Under the pieces are notes generated by a model. It was given only the letters and a program-made list of their open reading frames with translations, did not search any database and was not told the DNA's origin. Source: a virus (lineage: Duplodnaviria; Caudoviricetes). From it: 50,675 nucleotides of DNA. Numbering within the stretch: position 1 is the first letter of the stretch; each line of letters opens with the position of its first letter. The position numbers were made by a program, and so were the translations under genes. The stretch is from positions 1 to 50,675 of IMG/VR virus record IMGVR_UViG_3300047510_001736, one strand, 5' to 3'. Below are positions 1 through 8,851 of this stretch, piece after piece.

Positions 1-63
1 GGAAGCAACGGCCTGAATCTGCCGATAGGAAAGGAAACCGTTGTCGTCGGAACCTATCTTGGC
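1..63. repeat. Terminal overlap copy 1 (63 nt, matches 50613-50675)
   Basis: 62/63 identical to the window end. The single difference (A31 vs G50643) is a synonymous Leu codon in the capsid frame. Indicates a circular or circularly permuted assembly. Confidence 0.97.
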
Positions 64-636
64 AGCCGTGGCGGCAACCCAAGCGGTGTCCTTGATCGCG
101 CTGGTGTCGGTCGGCAGAGCAGCCGGGGCGTTCACCAGAGGCAACTCACCGGCGGTGGTGTTGCCGACGATGTACACGAACGGCGAGTTCTGGAACACAT
201 TGTCGCGCGTGAAGAAGTCGTAGCCGACAGCGATCTGCTTCGAGAGATCCTCAGCGGCAAACTTCAGCTGCTTCGTGCGGAAATCGCGGAAGCTGGGCAG
301 GAAGTTAAACTGCGGAGATTCGAAGTTATGACGCTTGACGCGGCTCTGATTCGTGCGCTCCCAAGTGCTCGCCACGGTCTTGAGCGGCAGCTCGGTGATG
401 TTCTTCGGGCGATGAACCTGATTGACGATCGGGGAGTTCTCCGCGATCACACCCTGCAGGATGTCACCCATGTTCTGTTTCCACTTGATCTTGGGAAACA
501 TGTCCTTCCAGCGCGACCACATCTGCATCTTCTTGGTCTGCTGGATCGCCATCCAGATCGGAAGGCGGTTGTAGTTAGCGATGTCTTGCTGATTCCAAAG
601 TCCGCTTGAACGCGGCAAGTCCCATGTTGCTGGCAT
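1..636 (-). CDS. Major capsid protein, 5' part (continues across the junction into 50612..49950; ~432 aa in total)
   Basis: ATG at 636 (MPATWDLPRSSGLWNQQDIANY...) stays open to position 1 and joins the 49950..50594 ORF in frame through the overlap. It follows terminase-portal-scaffold, has strong codon bias and has its own promoter. Missed by the ORF track. Confidence 0.8.
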   Translation of the reverse strand, partial: MPATWDLPRSSGLWNQQDIANYNRLPIWMAIQQTKKMQMWSRWKDMFPKIKWKQNMGDILQGVIAENSPIVNQVHRPKNITELPLKTVASTWERTNQSRVKRHNFESPQFNFLPSFRDFRTKQLKFAAEDLSKQIAVGYDFFTRDNVFQNSPFVYIVGNTTAGELPLVNAPAALPTDTSAIKDTAWVAATAAKIGSDDNGFLSYRQIQAVAS

Positions 637-790
637 TGTTATACTTTCGTTTGATGTTTGATCCGTCAGGACAACAAAAAAGCCCTGACATCACAAACGG
701 TTGGGTTAGGTCTGTCCTAGCCGTAACCGCTTAGATAGCAGAGCTTCTAGCGGAATCTCTCTGGGAGATTCGGTCTGACATTCGATGTTT

Positions 791-806
791 TGCTAACGAT
801 ATGCCA
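791..806 (-). promoter_or_regulatory. Sigma-54-type -24/-12 promoter for the capsid operon
   Basis: Minus strand TGGCATATCGTTAGCA (GG-N10-GC), intergenic. Preceded by AAGTC, as is the 6568-6583 promoter. Confidence 0.75.
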
Positions 807-825
807 GACTTTATTTTGTGAAGAT

Positions 826-1965
826 TTAATCGTCTCCGAACATTTCTTTATCACCGAGCGGAATATCATCGCCGCCAGTGGATTTACCCATTGGGCCAGC
901 GCTCGGCGGAGGAATCACGCCGGGCTTTTGCTTCTGCTGGGCGATATAAGCTTGGAACGCTTTAGCCATGCGCAGATTGCCGACCATTGCATAGTGTGCA
1001 ATCTTTCGAGCATCCTCTGCGGTCACGCTATCGGGGATGATCTTTGCGAGCAGCGGCGCATAAGACTGCTCTTCGGTCGTGAGCTTGTCGGGATCAATGT
1101 CCTTGAAGATCTTCTTGAAGCTGCTATTGATAAACTCACGCTCTTCGGCGAGCTTGGTCTTGTACTTGTCGGGGAATGTCTTAAAGCCGTTGAAAGACTT
1201 CTCGTAGTTTGACTGGGCGCGGCGATAAGCTTCAGTGAGTTCAAGCTCTAGCGCGGGATCATGCGTGCCGTTCTTCGCGGGCTGAATAGTCTTAAAGACA
1301 GGATTGCCTTCAGCATCATAACCTTCGAGAAGCTCAAAGGGCTTATTCTGCTTGAGCGCCACGAGAGCATTCTTCAGCGATCCAACTTCAAAGCGGTCTG
1401 TTTCGAGTTCGGCTTGGATCTGATTGTAACCCGTATCGAGTTTGTAAGCTTCCGGATGCTGAGTGTAATGCTTGGGGATTTCAGCTTGCTTTTTGAATGC
1501 TTCATACCACTTCGGCAACTGATCACGAACGGCATTGTAAGTCTGATTGGGAAGCTTCTTCAGAACGGAGACGACTTCATCGGGCAGATTGCTGTAGTCG
1601 CGACCTTGTTGATTTTGCGTCTGCGTAGTCTCAGTCTTCTGTGGCGCTTCAGACTTTTCTTCAGTCTTCGGCTTCGTCGACTTGATCGCCTCAGTGACAT
1701 CTTTGGGAAGATCGAATGGATCTGCTTCGTCACTTGGGGTTTCTTCTTTAGGAGACTCAACAGACTGCTCAGCGGGCTTATCCTCCGCTTTAGTCAGAAG
1801 CTTGTTGACATCGAATGACGTAGAATCTTCGCCATCAAAGTCAAACGAGATGTTTTCGTTCGGCAAAGACGTTGGCGCCGCTGGAGGCAATGGCGCCGAG
1901 GAAGGTCCGGTGTTGATGTTGAACGGCGTTGAGGCCGCCGGTGTTGGGGATGCTGCGGAGTCCAT
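826..1965 (-). CDS. Probable capsid scaffolding protein
   Basis: 379 aa; acidic, low-complexity N-terminus then a helical region; lies between portal and capsid. Confidence 0.6.
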   Translation of the reverse strand: MDSAASPTPAASTPFNINTGPSSAPLPPAAPTSLPNENISFDFDGEDSTSFDVNKLLTKAEDKPAEQSVESPKEETPSDEADPFDLPKDVTEAIKSTKPKTEEKSEAPQKTETTQTQNQQGRDYSNLPDEVVSVLKKLPNQTYNAVRDQLPKWYEAFKKQAEIPKHYTQHPEAYKLDTGYNQIQAELETDRFEVGSLKNALVALKQNKPFELLEGYDAEGNPVFKTIQPAKNGTHDPALELELTEAYRRAQSNYEKSFNGFKTFPDKYKTKLAEEREFINSSFKKIFKDIDPDKLTTEEQSYAPLLAKIIPDSVTAEDARKIAHYAMVGNLRMAKAFQAYIAQQKQKPGVIPPPSAGPMGKSTGGDDIPLGDKEMFGDD

Positions 1966-1970
1966 AGGAG

Positions 1971-2174
1971 TTATTGCGTGAGTTCTGCGATGTGTTGTTT
2001 AATGTCTTCGAACGTCTTTGCTCGAAGGAGATCTTCTTGCGTGGGCATAGAAGAACAGGCTTTGTGCATTGCTGCTTTAAGCCTTTTGTTTTGTTCTTCC
2101 GAAAGCCAAGCGAGGAAATGTAAAGTCTCCGCGCTATTCGCCCACAGAATCCAGTTAGCCTTGCTGGGTTGCAT
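1971..2174 (-). CDS. Small hypothetical protein (head module)
   Basis: 67-aa ORF filling the portal-scaffold gap on the operon strand. Confidence 0.6.
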   Translation of the reverse strand: MQPSKANWILWANSAETLHFLAWLSEEQNKRLKAAMHKACSSMPTQEDLLRAKTFEDIKQHIAELTQ

Positions 2175-3975
2175 TAGGTTGCTGAGCTAGGCGCTGCTGA
2201 ACGGCTTGCTGAAGCTGCTGGAAGGATTGAGCCTCTTGTTGGAATTCTGGTTTCAACTGACCCGTCGCTTCGTCTGTGACGACAGCCTGAAGAGCTTGAC
2301 CGAGACCTTGGATAAGCTGCGTGTCGTTGCCTTGGCTGAGAATCTTAGACCACTGATCATACTTCTCGGGATAACGAAGACGCACATATTCCTTCATCAT
2401 CTCTTGGCCAATGGGCGTACCTTGGAACATCGGCAGATCTTGCTGAATGTTTGTGATGCGCTGTTGCTTCTCGACGAAGTCAATGTCGCCCGCGGGCTTA
2501 ACTTCATACTGCTTGCTGAGGATTGCTTCTTTCTCAGCGGGATCAGAAACCTCAATCAAGAATTTGATCGAGCCTTTCTTTGCCTCACTCTGCACGATCG
2601 GCCACGTCATTGTGAGCACATCGCGTAAGAAGATGCTGAACACCAGCGCAGACGTGCCGGTGAGCATACCTTGCTGCTGCTGGGCAGCTTCGATCTCCGT
2701 CGCGGTCTTACGAGAATCTTTGCGGTTATTGACAGCCCACGCGACCTGATTGTTCTCCATCGCGTTCTGCTGCGTAATGGCTTCGATCCCCTTGAAGATC
2801 ATTGGGTCAGGCCACGGCGCAGTAAAGGCTCGCATTGGAGTCTTCCAGATCGCGTTGTTCTTGATCTTATACTGCAACTGCGCGGGCGCCATGCCGTCGA
2901 GATTCGCACCATCAGGCGACCACATCGTATTCGCGGCTTGAGTACAACCGTTGACCGCCGCAGTCATCAAGGTCGTGGCGGCTTCTTGCTTATGATAATC
3001 TTCAACCGCTCGGCCCTCAGCCTCATCGTGTTTGCGGTTTTCTTTGATCTCAGCGCGCTTGACTGCGATCGGATAATAGGTCAGATGAACAGGCTTATTG
3101 ACATAAGTCGGCTCGGTCGTCATTGCCATCGGGTCGATGTTGACCTCAGGCACAGACTCCTCAATGCCATTGCTAAACGGCAAAGGCTGCTTGAGCCACT
3201 GCTTGCTGTCTTTGTAATACCAGCCGCGATAGACGAAACCGTTGACCTTTACGAACGTCTCATAGATCACCAAGTCGTCGCCTATGACGTTGACTTCCTC
3301 GGACAGCAATCGTTTGGTGATGGCGTTGTATGCATCACTGTTCTTGTCAAAGTTCTCAAACGAGTCCCAGTGATAGAAGCTCACGGCCGTGATGACGTGC
3401 TTGATCAAGACCGCGGGGCTATCTTGCAGAGACTTCAGACGACGATCGTACACGATCTCGTTAAAGGGAATCGTCTCCATCGACACGCCGCCGAGCTTGG
3501 TGTTGTCGGCCTTGACCATCATGTAGCCGATGCCGTTAAGCTCTGCGCCATCGAGCACTTCAATGTACGGAATCTCCCAGCCGGGATATTGAAGCACGCG
3601 TGTGAACTCTTGATCGAGATAAGAGTTGTCGCCGGGGACAAACGTCGCCATCCGTGGGGATTGCTTTAGATAAGAAAGCAACGGAGGCAACGCTTGATTG
3701 ATGTTTTGGTTGATAAGACGAACACCAATAAAAGTCTGATTCTCCTGAAGAAGACCCGCCGAACGCATCTGTTCAACGTCAGCTTTATTCGAGCGCAGAC
3801 GCCGATTGGTGACCGTGGTCGCCTCTACAGCACCGTGCGACGAAATGTATTGGCTAATTAACCCGTTGGCAGTATTGAGGTCCAGCAGGTTCTTTTGCCC
3901 AGCTTGCGCTAAGATAGCGGATGTTTCTTGATTGTTTGCAGGTTCTTCGTTCATGAGATTATTCCTCTTCGTCAA
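2155..3975 (-). CDS. Portal protein
   Basis: ~600 aa downstream of terminase; RKTATEI motif of podovirus/P22-like portals; Gln-rich C-terminus. Start may be the second Met. Confidence 0.8.
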   Translation of the reverse strand: MTKRNNLMNEEPANNQETSAILAQAGQKNLLDLNTANGLISQYISSHGAVEATTVTNRRLRSNKADVEQMRSAGLLQENQTFIGVRLINQNINQALPPLLSYLKQSPRMATFVPGDNSYLDQEFTRVLQYPGWEIPYIEVLDGAELNGIGYMMVKADNTKLGGVSMETIPFNEIVYDRRLKSLQDSPAVLIKHVITAVSFYHWDSFENFDKNSDAYNAITKRLLSEEVNVIGDDLVIYETFVKVNGFVYRGWYYKDSKQWLKQPLPFSNGIEESVPEVNIDPMAMTTEPTYVNKPVHLTYYPIAVKRAEIKENRKHDEAEGRAVEDYHKQEAATTLMTAAVNGCTQAANTMWSPDGANLDGMAPAQLQYKIKNNAIWKTPMRAFTAPWPDPMIFKGIEAITQQNAMENNQVAWAVNNRKDSRKTATEIEAAQQQQGMLTGTSALVFSIFLRDVLTMTWPIVQSEAKKGSIKFLIEVSDPAEKEAILSKQYEVKPAGDIDFVEKQQRITNIQQDLPMFQGTPIGQEMMKEYVRLRYPEKYDQWSKILSQGNDTQLIQGLGQALQAVVTDEATGQLKPEFQQEAQSFQQLQQAVQQRLAQQPNATQQG

Positions 3976-4261
3976 ACATGGCGTCTTCCTTCAGAGGCAC
4001 GTCGCCTTGAGGAGCCATGGTCTTGCGCTTCGAAAGAGCTTTAGGGACGGTAGCATTACTATCGCCGCCTTTGGCTTCGTTGTTCGGGCCTTTGCCGTTG
4101 GTGTATTCGTCAGAGTCGGAATCGTTAGGTTCTTCTTGATCCTCACCGATTTCGATCTCGACTTTAGGGCCGCCTTTAGCCATTTTCTTCTGCGCGTAGG
4201 CCAACTCTTCAGGGCTAAGGGACGAGAAAAACTCGTCGATGTAATCCATTGATCCGTCCAT
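3959..4261 (-). CDS. Small acidic hypothetical protein
   Basis: 100-aa ORF tightly packed between terminase and portal. Confidence 0.6.
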   Translation of the reverse strand: MDGSMDYIDEFFSSLSPEELAYAQKKMAKGGPKVEIEIGEDQEEPNDSDSDEYTNGKGPNNEAKGGDSNATVPKALSKRKTMAPQGDVPLKEDAMFDEEE

Positions 4262-4263
4262 AA

Positions 4264-6036
4264 TTATTTAGAGGTTACGAATTTGTGATATTGCCCGCGC
4301 AATTGTTCACGCGGCTCAGCCGAATTTAGCGTTTCTTGTGCCGGTCTGTGTGTCATCTGACCCCAGAGGATTGTGAGTTCTGTCTTTTCATCGAAAGTTA
4401 ATGGACCTTTTTTGTTCCTCTCTAAGAGTTCTGCAAAACGGCTTTCGGGTTCTGTTGTGTGCAGAACTTCTTCCTTAAATACTGCCAACGGAACACCATC
4501 AAAACACAACGCCAACGCGTCTGCTCGGTCTGGGGATGAGAGACCACGAGAGCGCATCTCTGCTTTAGGCTCTAAATATGTAACAATGCCTTTAACCGAA
4601 AAGCCGCGCGTGCAAAGTTGTTGGCGAGTGAGATCGTCGTTGACTGTAGGAAAGGCACGATCTTCAATAGCACGCTTAAGACGATTCCAGTTTTCAACGC
4701 CTCTGTTTTTGTAGAAATTCGGGTTGCTTGATCGGGCTTCATTTCGTACCGGCACGACATCATAACCAGCGTTTTGCACGCGCTGCACGATGGGTCGCCC
4801 CAGACCGCCATCGTCAATGCGTACTTCAGAGGGTGTAATGTTGAATTCCTTAATCCAACTGATGATCTGATTATGGAGAATTGCCTCGTTGCGAATCTTT
4901 GTAGTTCGAAGGTGGAGTTTTCCATGGACAAAGAAGTACGCCACAGTTTCGTCGCCGCCGAGCGATAGGTCGATGCCCGCTCGATTGGACAATCCAAACG
5001 TACGAGGTGGATTGTTTGGGTAGTTCTCAAACAAGGTTGATGGAATGAATGCAGCCTCGTCGAGTGAGGTAAACTCAGCCAACACTTGGCTTCGATAAAT
5101 AAGGGATTGCTCGCCATGTTCGTCTTTGAGATGCTCGATGTGTTTGCCGAGAAGATGAGGACAATCGAAGGCTGTGACTCTGCGCCAGTAAAATTCGCCT
5201 ATTTCGAGCTTGTCTGGGAATGTGCGCTTTGCTTTTGCGCAACGCTTGAAAAAATGGCCGGAGTTCTTGCCGGGCGAAGAGATCTCTAGCCAGTAGTTAT
5301 AGCCTGTGAATCGACTAAAGGCTTGGAACATTTCGTCCGTGATGGACTTTGCCTCGTTGATGATCACAGCCATCTCGGCGCCGGGCTCGTCGAACGGGTG
5401 ACGACCTTCGGCTTTACCGGGGTCATCTGTGACGAAGCATTTAATCTCGCTGCCGGTGTCATTACAAGTAATCAAGAACTCAACGATCTCAAAGACCTTG
5501 CGGCCATACGAGACATTGATCTCTTCGCAGATGTTCTTTATGTACTTATACGTCTGATCTTTAAGCTGCTCGTACGAAGATGACGTAATGACGCATCGAG
5601 AACGGACTTTGGAAAGGCAAAACCAGACAGCGAAGGAGCTAATAACGACCTGATCTTTTCCGCTTCCGTTGGCCGCGACAAGATTGTAGTATAGCGGCGT
5701 CTTGTCGGTTGGTCGAGTTTTAGGCAGATCGAGATCATTGATGTCGGTGTATCCTGCAAGTTGAAACAGAGTTTCTGCTTGCCATTTGTAGAGCTTTAAG
5801 TCGGGCCTGTGTGCGAGGAGCAAATCCGCTGGGGTGTCGATTTGATGGGCTATGTAGCGCTTGTTTGTTGGTGTTTGCTCAGTTACAGCAACAGCTTCAG
5901 GCGCCTTGGGCGGAGTCTCAACGGCTTTTTTGCGAGTTTCTTTAGCGCGGGCTTTCTCGGCAGCTTTCTCCGCTTCTAGCGAACGACGGGCTTGAACGAG
6001 TTTGAGTGTATCGGACGAGATTGGGGCTTTGATCAT
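4264..6036 (-). CDS. terL: Terminase large subunit
   Basis: Walker A AANGSGKD, Walker B-like VIINEAK, coupling motif ISSP, RNase H-like nuclease motifs GIDLSLGGD and SPDRADALAL. Confidence 0.92.
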   Translation of the reverse strand: MIKAPISSDTLKLVQARRSLEAEKAAEKARAKETRKKAVETPPKAPEAVAVTEQTPTNKRYIAHQIDTPADLLLAHRPDLKLYKWQAETLFQLAGYTDINDLDLPKTRPTDKTPLYYNLVAANGSGKDQVVISSFAVWFCLSKVRSRCVITSSSYEQLKDQTYKYIKNICEEINVSYGRKVFEIVEFLITCNDTGSEIKCFVTDDPGKAEGRHPFDEPGAEMAVIINEAKSITDEMFQAFSRFTGYNYWLEISSPGKNSGHFFKRCAKAKRTFPDKLEIGEFYWRRVTAFDCPHLLGKHIEHLKDEHGEQSLIYRSQVLAEFTSLDEAAFIPSTLFENYPNNPPRTFGLSNRAGIDLSLGGDETVAYFFVHGKLHLRTTKIRNEAILHNQIISWIKEFNITPSEVRIDDGGLGRPIVQRVQNAGYDVVPVRNEARSSNPNFYKNRGVENWNRLKRAIEDRAFPTVNDDLTRQQLCTRGFSVKGIVTYLEPKAEMRSRGLSSPDRADALALCFDGVPLAVFKEEVLHTTEPESRFAELLERNKKGPLTFDEKTELTILWGQMTHRPAQETLNSAEPREQLRGQYHKFVTSK

Positions 6037-6554
6037 AACTTAAAGGGCCGGGGTTTGGGCGCCGCAGGCTGTGATTGAGTTGGGGATTCGATTGGGGATT
6101 GAGTAGGAGCTTCAGAAACGACGATCTCTTTGGCGGTCAAAGATTGACCACCCAGCGCGGCCCGGGCGCGCATGGCTGCTGAGGCGTAGGCTTCGTTTAT
6201 TTTTAATAATAACTCGCCCGAGCCGACGTTAAGATCAAGATGCCGCTTGTGATATCCGCGCTTGGCGCCGTGGGCATACTTAGCCGCGTTCAGGCGGGCA
6301 TAAACGCCGCTTTCCTCGTTACGCGCTATGTCCTTGATGATGCCCATCATCTCCTTAGCCTCAGCCTCAGAGACATCGTCTGTGATATCCTCTTCTTTAA
6401 GCACCTCCTTGCGCAACACAGCAGAGCCGCCCGCGGCTTCTAACGCCAAACGCACGACCATAGCGTCGACTTCAAGGGCCACAGAGATCTCTTCACAAGT
6501 CATCCCGGCCCTTCTAAGACCAAGTATCTGATTACGCATCATTAAATCGCTCAT
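6033..6554 (-). CDS. Probable terminase small subunit
   Basis: 173 aa; N-terminal HTH-like segment (LRRAGMTCEEISVALEV); overlaps the terL start by 4 nt. Confidence 0.65.
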   Translation of the reverse strand: MSDLMMRNQILGLRRAGMTCEEISVALEVDAMVVRLALEAAGGSAVLRKEVLKEEDITDDVSEAEAKEMMGIIKDIARNEESGVYARLNAAKYAHGAKRGYHKRHLDLNVGSGELLLKINEAYASAAMRARAALGGQSLTAKEIVVSEAPTQSPIESPTQSQPAAPKPRPFKL

Positions 6555-6567
6555 AATTAAAGCGAAA

Positions 6568-6583
6568 AGCTTTTAGAGTGCCA
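6568..6583 (-). promoter_or_regulatory. Sigma-54-type promoter for the packaging/late arm
   Basis: Minus strand TGGCACTCTAAAAGCT (GG-N10-GC); predicted +1 ~6557, ATG at 6554. Confidence 0.8.
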
Positions 6584-6689
6584 GACTTAAATATACTTTT
6601 TGGGTCTAAAAAATCTATAAAATCTGTGAGCGGTCATGTTCGGACATCGACGCGATTTTTCGGGTCTTTCTGCTGGGCGGCTTGTAGTA

Positions 6690-7170
6690 GTACGGTGTGA
6701 TTTATCATTAACGTTAGTGATTTATTAGTGTTAAATCCTTATTGTATTTGAATATGAGTGTATGATCATATGATTGTGTGAGATTATTTAATAACAAAAG
6801 GATTTGACTGTGCTAAACGGTGTGATTTATCAGTGTTAAATCCTTTGTTCGTCAGATAAATATGCTTATTGATAAATTGGGATTTTGGGCTTGTGGTTGT
6901 TTTAATGCAAATAACGTATTTTTGGAAGGTAGGAAGGTAAAATATGATAAATACAATAATAAAAAATAAACGACCTAAGCCAAAAGTCGAATAAGCATAT
7001 TTTATTGTACAACAAAGATTCCTAAATAAGAGTCTTATTGATAAATAACTTTTAAGGATACCTCTTACCTAAGAGCTTTAACGATAAAGTGGCTAAAAAA
7101 AGCCAAAAAGTGGCTCTTTTTTGTCACTTAGGCTTTTTTTGTTTGTAAATAGGCTCTTTTTGACCAGTAT
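6690..7170. repeat. AT-rich non-coding region with direct and inverted repeats (candidate origin or genome-end region)
   Basis: ACGGTGTGATTTATCA at 6692-6707 and 6817-6832. GTGATTTATYAGTGTTAAATCCTT at 6717-6740 and 6822-6845. CTTATTGATAAAT occurs twice. No ORF; lies between the divergent arms. Confidence 0.7.
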
Positions 7171-7239
7171 GGGCAGAAAGTGGTGAGTCACGGAGTGAGG
7201 CGTTAGCGTTAACGTGTGCCATTTTGGCGCGTTTTGGCT

Positions 7240-7255
7240 TGGCATTGGGGTTGCT
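7240..7255 (+). promoter_or_regulatory. Canonical sigma-54 promoter opening the early arm
   Basis: TGGCATTGGGGTTGCT matches the TGGCA-N6-TTGC consensus; predicted +1 ~7266, ATG at 7267. Confidence 0.8.
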
Positions 7256-7266
7256 TCTCTGGGGTC

Positions 7267-7461
7267 ATGAACGCGAAAAGCCGTTTAGACGAAGCTCTCA
7301 CCGAAGCCATCAAAGCCGGAATTCTGTCTCCTTTGGAAGCCTGTGCCATTGAAGCCTGTGTTATTAATATTAATAACACTATCACAAATAAAAAGACTTC
7401 AGATTTTACTATGGTTTACGGTAGTTTAATCACAGACACCATTTCAGATTTAACTAAATAA
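7267..7461 (+). CDS. Small early hypothetical protein (probably leaderless)
   Basis: ATG at 7267 within ORF 7216..7461 (MNAKSRLDEAL..., 64 aa), directly at the predicted start site. Confidence 0.55.
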   Translation: MNAKSRLDEALTEAIKAGILSPLEACAIEACVININNTITNKKTSDFTMVYGSLITDTISDLTK

Positions 7462-7496
7462 CTTCCCTGTCAGTAAACAAATAAACAAATAAAACT

Positions 7497-7835
7497 ATGT
7501 CAGACACTAACACTAACACTAACACTAACACTAACATTTCACGCCGTGTTATTTCAACCGGATCGGCAAAGAGTCACTTTGACTCTGCTGTGTCTCTGAT
7601 TGAGACAATCGGAGAGACAGAAACGGCTCTTTATTGGCAAGGGGAGCGCAATCGTGTCCTGTCGGCCTTTGGCTCTGTCCGCACTAAGTCCTCAGAGGGC
7701 GAAGCGACCGCTAAGGGTGTGGACTTTGGGTCCGCCAGTCTTGCGAAGGTCCTAAAACATCTCAGCACGCCTAAACGGGAAGCCGCTTTGTTGTCTGCGG
7801 CTTGGGCTCTGGCTTCAGCCGTTGCGATGAAGTAA
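7497..7835 (+). CDS. Early hypothetical protein
   Basis: 112 aa; A-rich upstream sequence as in other genes here; N-terminal (TN)n tract. Confidence 0.65.
   Translation: MSDTNTNTNTNTNISRRVISTGSAKSHFDSAVSLIETIGETETALYWQGERNRVLSAFGSVRTKSSEGEATAKGVDFGSASLAKVLKHLSTPKREAALLSAAWALASAVAMK
7504..7536 (+). repeat. Hexamer tandem repeat (ACACTA) x5.5
   Basis: Directly visible; in frame, encodes a Thr-Asn repeat. Confidence 0.95.
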
Positions 7836-8661
7836 GAGACAGAACCGGGGTTTAGTGTTAAACACTGATTTAGCACTAAGCCCAATTCTGTCTCTCGCCT
7901 CTTTTAACATAAAGTCGCCAAGTCTGTCTTGTTCTGTCTTGTGTGTGTTTGCTGATAGGCTTCTCACTCTTTGACAGACCACAAGACAGGCTCTCTCAGA
8001 CGGGAGTCTGGCGCACTGGTTGTCTTGCTTGCTTGTTTTCGTTACAAGTACCAAAGCAAGACAGACCGATCCGGCCCTCTAAAGGCATACGGAGAACGTG
8101 TATTCACTTCTCCCATTTAACTTTAGACAGAACCGGTCCGCTTCCCAATGTCGCCTTTCCTAGGTTATTCAACGTGAGCCGTTACGTTACGGACCAAAGC
8201 GACAAGCAAGCACTTGTTTGATAATGTCGCAGGCACGACACTAGGCACACAAGCGTCCCTTGTGGATTGATAATTGCAAACCCTTTGGGGATTTACTCCC
8301 TCAAAGAGCGCGACCAAATTGCCACAAGCGGACGCATAGTGTCTGGGATTTGACGTATCCTCGACAGTCTTCCTTTATTCCCTTATTCTACACTCTGCCC
8401 GTTATCCTACACCGTCAAATCCTAGACACTATGCGTTCAAATCCTACTGCAGCGTTTGACAAGTCACAAGCAAGTCAAACGCATCTATACGCTTCACAAG
8501 CTTCACGCAAACTCAACAAGCTTGCCATAAAACATACAAGCAAGCGACAAGCAAAACACGACAAGTCATCTTGTCACAAAGCCCGCGCTTGGCGTTGTAA
8601 AGGTACTTTTGCCGTGTCTTCCGCGCAAGTCAAACTCAGCAAGATAGATTGGATCTAAGTT

Positions 8662-8760
8662 ATGAAACAACATAAGAAAGACGAACTAACACTAGCAATA
8701 CTCGGCGCATTGATTCTTTTCATTGCGCTTTACTTTTTCGTTAAAGGAATCCTTTATTAG
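8662..8760 (+). CDS. Small single-TM peptide (32 aa)
   Basis: MKQHKKDELTLAILGALILFIALYFFVKGILY; basic N-terminus plus hydrophobic helix; below the ORF-track cutoff. Confidence 0.55.
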   Translation: MKQHKKDELTLAILGALILFIALYFFVKGILY

Positions 8761-8796
8761 AAGCCCAACCGCGGCCACGCGGTTGCCGTAGAGGCG

Positions 8797-8828
8797 AAGC
8801 TTGTAGTGAATAACTACAAGCTTTTTTT
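8797..8828 (+). terminator. Rho-independent terminator
   Basis: AAGCTTGTAG-loop-CTACAAGCTT followed by a T run. Confidence 0.75.
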
Positions 8829-8851
8829 GCGTTAAAATAAATAAACAAAAT

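Noticed and set aside
1-63. 63-nt end repeat as a biological direct terminal repeat
   Set aside because: It falls in the middle of the capsid gene, so an assembly overlap of a circular or permuted sequence is more likely.
7203-7222. Reverse-strand TGGCACACGTTAACGC promoter
   Set aside because: Spacing is GG-N11-GC; sigma-54 requires N10.
8009-8024. AGTC-TGGCGCACTGGTTGT as another sigma-54 promoter
   Set aside because: The -12 dinucleotide is GT rather than GC and no convincing gene follows. The AGTCTGGC match to the late promoters is noted.
6690-8650. CRISPR array
   Set aside because: Repeats are short, irregularly spaced and lack a repeat-spacer period. The Cas4-like gene is in a phage recombination module.
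7943-8658. ORFs 7943..8221 and 8260..8658 as genes
   Set aside because: GTG/TTG starts, atypical composition and sequence dominated by short DNA motifs. A shorter ORF from ATG 8431 cannot be excluded.
8772-8787. CGGCCACGCGGTTGCC (GG-N10-GC)
   Set aside because: Explained by the CAACCGCG/CGCGGTTG hairpin and immediately followed by a terminator.
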